51,545 nt of DNA from a virus (taxonomy: Duplodnaviria; Caudoviricetes), in IMG/VR virus record IMGVR_UViG_3300033388_003855, positions 1-51,545 of that record. One strand, written 5' to 3'. The notes beneath the pieces were generated by a model, which had not been told where the DNA came from, did not search any database, and saw only the letters and a list, made by a program, of their open reading frames with translations. Shown piece by piece: positions 45,193 through 51,545 of this stretch; positions within the stretch are counted from its first letter, which is position 1; the number at the start of each line of letters is the position of its first letter. The position numbers and the translations under genes were made by a program.

Positions 45193-45699
45193 ATGGCTTT
45201 AAGCGCAAAGAAAACAGCAAAAATACAAGCGGATTATGAGGCTGGAATTGTTACCGTCGCTGGCATAGGGAAAAAGCACGGCGTGTCAAAGATGACGGTG
45301 ATCCGTTTAGCTAAGAGGTTGAAATGGGAGCGCGGAAAAAGTTACCAAAATGTGACTAAAGAGACTGCCCAGAAAGCAACTAAAAAGATCATAGAGCAGG
45401 AAGGCGACAAACTTTTCGATTACACCAGCAAATACATATCTAATGTAGAATATGTGAACAAGGCGCATATGGCAAACCTCGGAGCATATTTTAAAGATCT
45501 GAAAGACTGCGCCGGAAAACTTTCCAAAGCCGACGCCGACAAATATAAAACTTTTCAGCAGTTCTTTAAGCTGGCCGCGGAGACTGTTAAAATCAATTTT
45601 GAAGGGATGCGGCTTGCTATGGGCTTAGACAAAGATAAATCCGACGAACATCTTCAAGTAAATATAATCAATTACGCTGATGCTGACGATTCCTTATAA
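45193..45699 (+). CDS. terS: Terminase small subunit
   Basis: N-terminal HTH (IGKKHGVS...AKRLKW); overlaps the TerL start. Confidence 0.7.
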   Translation: MALSAKKTAKIQADYEAGIVTVAGIGKKHGVSKMTVIRLAKRLKWERGKSYQNVTKETAQKATKKIIEQEGDKLFDYTSKYISNVEYVNKAHMANLGAYFKDLKDCAGKLSKADADKYKTFQQFFKLAAETVKINFEGMRLAMGLDKDKSDEHLQVNIINYADADDSL

Positions 45700-47146
45700 A
45701 TACACCCCTCGCCGTTATCAAGTTGGAATTTTCAAGCACAGCGACATGGGGCTTAAGCGCTTTGTCGCTGTCTGGCATAGACGCGCCGGAAAAGACAAGT
45801 CCATGCTCAACTTCACTATTAAGAAGATGATGGAGCGCGACGGCGTCTATTTCTATTTCTTCCCCACTTTCGCTCAGGGCCGCAAAATCCTTTGGGACGG
45901 CATAGACCGCGACGGAATGCCGTTTGTTGACCACTTCCCCCCCGAAATTGTTATCAGCCGCAATAACTCTGAAATGAAGGTTATCATGGAGACCGCGGCC
46001 GGGCACTCCATTTTTCAGATTGTCGGAACAGATAACTATAATTCCATCATGGGGACAAACCCCGTGGGGTGTGTTTTCTCCGAGTATTCCCTCCAAAATC
46101 CACTCGTATGGGACTTTATAAGACCTATCCTGACCGAAAACGGTGGATGGGCTTTATTCAATTATACGCCCCGTGGCAAAAATCATGGCTGGGAACTTTA
46201 CGAGATGGCCAAAGACAACCCAAAATGGTTTTGCCAGCTCTTGACGGTCGGTAAGACCAAGCGTCCGGACGGCTCCCCGGTAATTTCTCTCGAAGCAATT
46301 CAGGACGAGCGCGATTCAGGCATGGATGAGGACATGATACAACAAGAGTATTATTGTTCTTTTGACGCGGCTAATCAGGGCGCTTATTACAGTAATCAGT
46401 TTAAAAAGATCGACGAAGAGGATCGCGTTAAAGTTGTTCCTTATGATCCGCTTTTGCCCGTTGAGACGGTGTGGGACTTAGGCGTTGGTGATTCAAATTC
46501 GATTTGGTTTTTTCAGCGAGTCGCGGCAGCTTCCGGAAAAACAGAGTTTAGAATTATAGATTTTTATGAACACAATAATGTTGGACTAGATCATTACATG
46601 CCGTTCGTGTTAAGCTTGCCCTATAATTATAAAGAACATTGGGCTCCGCATGATATCAAAGTAAGGGAGTGGGAGACGGGCGCGTCCCGAATTGAGACAG
46701 CCAAAAATTTAATGCTAAGCTTGCGAGAATCTAATCCCGGCAAAGAGATAAATGGCGTCAAATATAGAGACATCAAAGAGTCCGGGATTAAATTCAAAAT
46801 AGTTCCTAATATTTCAATAGAGGACGGAATAGACGCCGCCAGACGCGTTTTAAATAAATGCTGGTTTGATAAGTCAAAGCAGCCCAAGCAGGGCGGGGAA
46901 GGCTTAAGGGGTGTTGGCTATGGAGTCAACGCATTAAGGTCTTATCATAAGGATTATGACGAAAAAAATAAAACCTACAAAAACACTCCTTGCCACGATT
47001 GGAGCTCCCACGCCGCTGACGCTTTCAGATATTTGGGAGTTGTGGCGCGGCCAAAATTAACCATGGCCGAGGCTATAAAAACAGCCCAGGCTAATCCGAA
47101 CAAAAAACTTTCCGGAAATAAATTTCACAGCAGGTTTATGAAATGA
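45680..47146 (+). CDS. terL: Terminase large subunit
   Basis: HRRAGKD, VFSEY, TPRGKNH, QEYYCSF, WDLG..D, HDWSSHAADAFRY. Confidence 0.95.
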   Translation: MLTIPYKYTPRRYQVGIFKHSDMGLKRFVAVWHRRAGKDKSMLNFTIKKMMERDGVYFYFFPTFAQGRKILWDGIDRDGMPFVDHFPPEIVISRNNSEMKVIMETAAGHSIFQIVGTDNYNSIMGTNPVGCVFSEYSLQNPLVWDFIRPILTENGGWALFNYTPRGKNHGWELYEMAKDNPKWFCQLLTVGKTKRPDGSPVISLEAIQDERDSGMDEDMIQQEYYCSFDAANQGAYYSNQFKKIDEEDRVKVVPYDPLLPVETVWDLGVGDSNSIWFFQRVAAASGKTEFRIIDFYEHNNVGLDHYMPFVLSLPYNYKEHWAPHDIKVREWETGASRIETAKNLMLSLRESNPGKEINGVKYRDIKESGIKFKIVPNISIEDGIDAARRVLNKCWFDKSKQPKQGGEGLRGVGYGVNALRSYHKDYDEKNKTYKNTPCHDWSSHAADAFRYLGVVARPKLTMAEAIKTAQANPNKKLSGNKFHSRFMK

Positions 47147-47457
47147 AAAAGAGATGCAATAATTGTTTTTATCGAGTTTCAGTTAAATACTCTGTTACTC
47201 CCGCTCAATACGGGAAAAGCACGGGAAAAATAACGTTTCAAGCGCAAATAAACACCGATTACAGCGGCAAGGCCGCCAAAACCGCCGAGTGCCATCGCTA
47301 CCCGCCTGCTTTCATCCAGGCCACAATAGACGGCCATAAAGTTGTTTATTTTGGTTGGCCGCCGATTATGGTTTATGTGAATATGAAAAACGATTTTGAA
47401 CCATGGTGTGGAGAATTCAAACCCCAAAAAGACCCCCCGCCGCCAATTGAGGGATAA
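47143..47457 (+). CDS. Cys-containing hypothetical protein
   Basis: CNNC.Y...CHRYPP...WP...WCGEF. Confidence 0.65.
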   Translation: MKKRCNNCFYRVSVKYSVTPAQYGKSTGKITFQAQINTDYSGKAAKTAECHRYPPAFIQATIDGHKVVYFGWPPIMVYVNMKNDFEPWCGEFKPQKDPPPPIEG

Positions 47458-47460
47458 AAA

Positions 47461-48939
47461 ATGAAATTTGACGACCGCATAGTAGACCAGCACGGCCGGC
47501 CGTTATTCCGTGCCGATGGCTATTACAACGACGCGACCGGATACGGCGGAGCCGACGACAGCATTAAAAACACGTCATTTCTGCCCGAAGTTCCGATGTC
47601 ACAAACGGAATTGACCGCGCTCTACAAGACGTGGCTCATTCGCCGTGGCGTCGATATTCCCATAGATGACAGGCTTGGAGACGGCATAGAGTTTTTGACG
47701 AATGACGACGACTCGGAAGGGCGCAAAAAACAACTCGAAGAGCTTGAAACGATCTTTGACGACCTGGGACTTATAGACCATTTAATGCAGGGCGAAAAGT
47801 GGGAGTCGGTCTATGGAGGGGGGCTTTTATATTTTGAGTATGGCGACGACCCTAAATTTGAACTAAGAGACTCTCAACGCGGAATCCCCTTCAAAGTTTG
47901 GGCGGTTGATCGCTGGTCGGCTATCCCAACATCTTATTATCAAGATTTCATTCACGGCCTGGATCATCCCAAAATCGGCGAGCCTGAAACCTACAACGTC
48001 GTTTTATTCACAACCGGCTACAGCAGGATGCCCATTGTCCACGAATCACGAATTATTCGACTCGGCGGATTACCTCTTCCTCCCCGTGAGCTTGCCGCTA
48101 ATTTGATGTGGGGGCAGCCTATAGTCGAATTGGTCAGCGAGATATGCAAGTATTTCCAAATATCTCTTAAAGCCATGGCGGACACTTTCCAGGATTTCAA
48201 CTGGAAAACTCTTGAGATAGAGAATTTACCGGACTTGATAGCGAGCAATGAAGAGGCGGACTATGAATCAATTATCAGGCAAGCCGCGATGGCGGCGGGG
48301 ATGTGGCATAATCAAGCCATAGGTCTCCACTCTTCCGGTTTTAAGCTGGAAAAACACACAACCACAGTGACGGGCTTAACGGACATGGGCGAGCTGATGT
48401 CTAACTTTGTAGCCGCCTCGTTTGGTATTCCAGACAGCCGTTTCTTTTCAGCAAAGGGCGGCGCGCTGGCCGGTTCGTCTACTCAGAGCGATGAACGACA
48501 CTATCACAAGCGACTCAGGCGCGAGAGAAAGCGCATAGACACGCCCAGAATCCAACAAATGCTTTGGTTGTTGGGCTATGATCCAAAAGACTACCCGTTC
48601 CGCTTTCCTCCACTTGAAGAGCCGACAGAGAAAGAAAAACTTGAGGCTGATGATTTGCAAGCGGATATTGACGCCAAATATATTGGCGCTCAGGTTGTCG
48701 CCCCGGAAGAAATCGCAGTTTCCAGATTCAGCAAACCAGAACCAGTCAGGAGGCAATATATAATTGATTTCGACGCGCGCAAGGAGATGACCGACGACGA
48801 GGACACCAACCCCGACGAAGAAGAAAAAAACCCGCCTAAAAACGACCCAGAAAGCAAAGAAGACCGCGCCGACATGGCAGAGGAGGAACTAGAAGTTGAA
48901 GACGTTTGGGAGCTGGTGGTTATAGAGGAGGACGAATAA
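47461..48939 (+). CDS. Portal protein (DUF1073-like)
   Basis: LY.TWLIRR.VDIP.DD, YGG, VHESRII, GIP.SRFF, F.FPPL; follows TerL. Confidence 0.9.
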   Translation: MKFDDRIVDQHGRPLFRADGYYNDATGYGGADDSIKNTSFLPEVPMSQTELTALYKTWLIRRGVDIPIDDRLGDGIEFLTNDDDSEGRKKQLEELETIFDDLGLIDHLMQGEKWESVYGGGLLYFEYGDDPKFELRDSQRGIPFKVWAVDRWSAIPTSYYQDFIHGLDHPKIGEPETYNVVLFTTGYSRMPIVHESRIIRLGGLPLPPRELAANLMWGQPIVELVSEICKYFQISLKAMADTFQDFNWKTLEIENLPDLIASNEEADYESIIRQAAMAAGMWHNQAIGLHSSGFKLEKHTTTVTGLTDMGELMSNFVAASFGIPDSRFFSAKGGALAGSSTQSDERHYHKRLRRERKRIDTPRIQQMLWLLGYDPKDYPFRFPPLEEPTEKEKLEADDLQADIDAKYIGAQVVAPEEIAVSRFSKPEPVRRQYIIDFDARKEMTDDEDTNPDEEEKNPPKNDPESKEDRADMAEEELEVEDVWELVVIEEDE

Positions 48940-51545
48940 TGGAAAAAACTAAGAAAATAGGCATTCCAAGGGCTCTTCTTGACAATTTAAGCGGGAAAAT
49001 CGCGACTCAGGTCAAAGCAGAGATCATTCAAGAGCTGATGACAGAGCAGAAAATCAAACTAGCTCCGCAGCAGCTTGAGACTTTCGCGAAAATGGCGTCT
49101 AAATATATAGCCGTCAAAATTGATTACCCGAAAATTATCAAGTCTGCGGTCGATCAAATACCCGTTCCGCAGGACGGCAGAGACGGCGTTAATTTAGTCT
49201 GGAATGAAGTAGTCAGGGCGGATGTTATCGACGGCGTCTCCGAGCTTGTGCCGGCGGGTAAAGACGGCGAGCCAGGTCAGGACGGCGAAAGCTACAAATT
49301 GCAGTCAAAAGACCGCGCCGACATAGCTGAGCTTGTCAAAGAGACCATGACCGCGCCGGGCATTCAAGAGCTTGTCAAAGAGCTTGCAAACGCCCGCGTC
49401 TTTGTTCCCTTGAGACGCTTTAAAGACGAGCTGAAAGGCATTCAGGAGGCGTTGAATAAGATCAAGAAACGTCCCATAAACGCCGGCATTTCAGGCCGGG
49501 ACATGGTCGACGAGATAACACAGGCAATTGGGTCTGGTTGGCTATCAGATACAAAAGCGATTTGGGGACAAATCACCGGGACGCTTTCGGATCAATTAGA
49601 TTTACAGGCGGAGCTGGACGGCAAAGAGGATGCTTTTACTAAGAATACGGCGTTTAATAAAGATTTTGGTTCCACGGGCGGAACCGTCGCAGAAGGCGAT
49701 GACGCGCGTTTATCAGACGACAGAGACCCCACCCAACACGATCTTGACGGAGCCAAACACGCGGGTATAACTGGGACTCAAGACAATTTCATGAGCCTGG
49801 ACGCGTCCGGACTTCCGAAAGACTCCGGGGACAAAGCGGCCGACTTTGAGCCAGCCCTTGGCTATACGCCCGCCGACGACTCATTGGTTGTTCATTTAGC
49901 CGGGGACGAGACCATAACGGGCGTCAAAGACTTTCAGGCAGGACTTGAGGCCAAGCAAATCAAATATACTCCGCAGGTAACCCCGCCAGCTCATAGCGAA
50001 GGGCTTTTGTATTATGATGATACGGAAAAAGCTTTAACTCTATATAACGACCGGACAAACGTCGCGCTGAATATAGGCCGCGAGCTTTGGACGAGGTCAT
50101 GCAATAATACTGGCGTCGGGATAGCCGATGGCCGCGTGGTCTATATTAATGGAGTTGATAGTGGTTGCCCTACCATTGAGATAGCACAGCCGGACGAGTT
50201 TGATAAATCGCGGATTATCGGCATGGCGACCGAGGACATAGCGTCGGGCCAGCAGGGAGAAGTCACAAGATTCGGCCATGCAAAAGGGCTGAACACGGCG
50301 GGTCTAAGCGTCGGCCCGGCCTATCTTGACCATGACGGAACATTAACAAATGATGTTCCCACCGGCGCGCATTTCTATATTTTGGTCGGGACTATTTTAG
50401 TTGTGGATGCCAGCGACGGGATTGTGTCAGTTAACCCATATATTAGCGAATTAACAGCAGAGGTTACGGACACAAACGGATTTTCAACGGCAATGAGAGC
50501 GGCCACAACGCTTTCCTTTGTTGAAGGGACACGAACTTCTGCCATTGCGCCGACAGGCTCACATTTCCATTATTATATCGGCGGTCGCTCTGTTATGGTT
50601 GAGTCTTCTCCGGACATTGTGATCGCTGATTCCGAAGGGATGCACGTCATTTATTTTGATGACAAGTCCGGGGCTTTGTCTATGATATATCAGCCGACGA
50701 ACGAGCAAATAGACGTCCTCATAAGGACAAAATGCCTTGTCCACTTCATTTATTGGGACGCGACAAATAAAAAGCAAATATATTTTGGAGACGAACGCCA
50801 TGGTCTTTCGATGGCTCCTGACACGCATTCTTATTTGCATTTCACGCGCGGCGCTCAATTTTTGCAGGGCTTAGGCTTGGGTGATTTTGTCAAAGACGAT
50901 GGCGACGACGACGAGGACGCCCAATTCAGCATGGCGGCGGGCTTTATCTCCGACGAAGACCTCGTAACGTCTATTCCGGCCGTCGTCAGCACTGTCGGCC
51001 TCCCTATATATTATTTGGACGGAGCAAGCGCAAATTTAAGACAAATAGACAACGCCGGATTCTCAGTTTTGGACGATGTAACGGCGGGCGTAGGCGCAAC
51101 TGGAAGGCTCGTTTTTAACGAGTTCACGGGCGGGGCTTGGCAGTTGACCACTGTTGGCGATGGCGATTTTGTAAATCATCACGTGTTCGCATTTAACGGA
51201 CTTGATGGCGAAAGGCAGACATGTTCGATCATGGGGCAAACGTCGCATGACAAGAAAAACGACGCGAAAAAAGCTATTCCCACAGAGATTTCAGACCTTT
51301 TAATTCAGTTGCCGTTTGCGGAAATGGTGCCGATAGGCTCTATTATTTTCGAGACTAAAAACGGCTTTGGCAACGCTGTTAAGGCCAGGGTTGTTGAAAT
51401 CGACCCCGGCGTTATGTATCAAGACTGGCGTTCAACTGAGCTGGCTCAAGGGGCACCGCCGAGCGACCACGGAAACTTGACGGGTTTAATTGACGACGAT
51501 CATTCGCAATATCAACTTTTAGCAGGCCGTTCCGGAGGCCAAGTT
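48939..51545 (+). CDS. N-terminal part of the ~1197-aa fibre-like protein (continues at 1-1101); absent from the ORF track because it has no stop within the window
   Basis: TAATG coupling to portal; MEKTKKIG...; collagen-like GKDGEPGQDG, WGQITGTLSDQ.DLQ..LD.K, VVHLAGDETITGVK.F. Confidence 0.85.
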   Translation, partial: MEKTKKIGIPRALLDNLSGKIATQVKAEIIQELMTEQKIKLAPQQLETFAKMASKYIAVKIDYPKIIKSAVDQIPVPQDGRDGVNLVWNEVVRADVIDGVSELVPAGKDGEPGQDGESYKLQSKDRADIAELVKETMTAPGIQELVKELANARVFVPLRRFKDELKGIQEALNKIKKRPINAGISGRDMVDEITQAIGSGWLSDTKAIWGQITGTLSDQLDLQAELDGKEDAFTKNTAFNKDFGSTGGTVAEGDDARLSDDRDPTQHDLDGAKHAGITGTQDNFMSLDASGLPKDSGDKAADFEPALGYTPADDSLVVHLAGDETITGVKDFQAGLEAKQIKYTPQVTPPAHSEGLLYYDDTEKALTLYNDRTNVALNIGRELWTRSCNNTGVGIADGRVVYINGVDSGCPTIEIAQPDEFDKSRIIGMATEDIASGQQGEVTRFGHAKGLNTAGLSVGPAYLDHDGTLTNDVPTGAHFYILVGTILVVDASDGIVSVNPYISELTAEVTDTNGFSTAMRAATTLSFVEGTRTSAIAPTGSHFHYYIGGRSVMVESSPDIVIADSEGMHVIYFDDKSGALSMIYQPTNEQIDVLIRTKCLVHFIYWDATNKKQIYFGDERHGLSMAPDTHSYLHFTRGAQFLQGLGLGDFVKDDGDDDEDAQFSMAAGFISDEDLVTSIPAVVSTVGLPIYYLDGASANLRQIDNAGFSVLDDVTAGVGATGRLVFNEFTGGAWQLTTVGDGDFVNHHVFAFNGLDGERQTCSIMGQTSHDKKNDAKKAIPTEISDLLIQLPFAEMVPIGSIIFETKNGFGNAVKARVVEIDPGVMYQDWRSTELAQGAPPSDHGNLTGLIDDDHSQYQLLAGRSGGQV
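51432..51545. repeat. Terminal direct repeat, copy 2
   Basis: Identical to 1-114. Confidence 0.97.

Noticed and set aside
47461-48939. Anti-CBASS Acb1 label sometimes attached to DUF1073 proteins
   Set aside because: Size, motifs and position after TerL indicate portal; no separate phosphoesterase domain is evident.
50097-51248. Minus-strand ORFs listed in the track at 50097, 50559 and 51063
   Set aside because: Antisense shadows of the long plus-strand fibre gene.
1-51545. Genome-wide TGA reassignment (code 4/25)
   Set aside because: Many genes end in TGA with ATGA/GTGA coupling to the next gene (e.g. 14415, 17506, 27310, 43996, 47146); only the MuF TGA looks recoded.

Overview
The window is an apparently complete, circularly assembled ~51.4 kb tailed phage genome. 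Bases 1-114 are repeated exactly at 51432-51545, and a ~1197-aa fibre-like ORF runs across the join. The morphogenesis module is myovirus-like: TerS/TerL, DUF1073-type portal, MuF/SPP1-gp7-like protein, DUF2213-type protease/scaffold, DUF2184-type capsid, sheath, tube, frameshifting tail chaperone, short tape measure, baseplate and fibre. There is also a RecE/RecT-like pair, a replication initiator with internal iterons, a ParB-MTase, an RNA-ligase-like gene, a tRNA-like element and several opposite-strand accessory cassettes. I recognised no integrase, DNA polymerase or endolysin. The main observation is in the MuF/gp7 gene. An in-frame TGA (7489-7491) sits exactly at the second Cys of the family's N-C-R-C motif. 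It is followed by a hairpin with bacterial SECIS geometry and 46 more sense codons ending 1 nt before the next gene, which makes this a candidate phage-encoded virion selenoprotein. Other notable patterns are an R-A-D motif nearly restricted to head-module proteins (likely protease cut sites), one ~65-aa domain inserted six times in four structural proteins, and single genes flanked by short direct repeats. All family assignments come from motif recognition by eye and gene order; no database searches were run.
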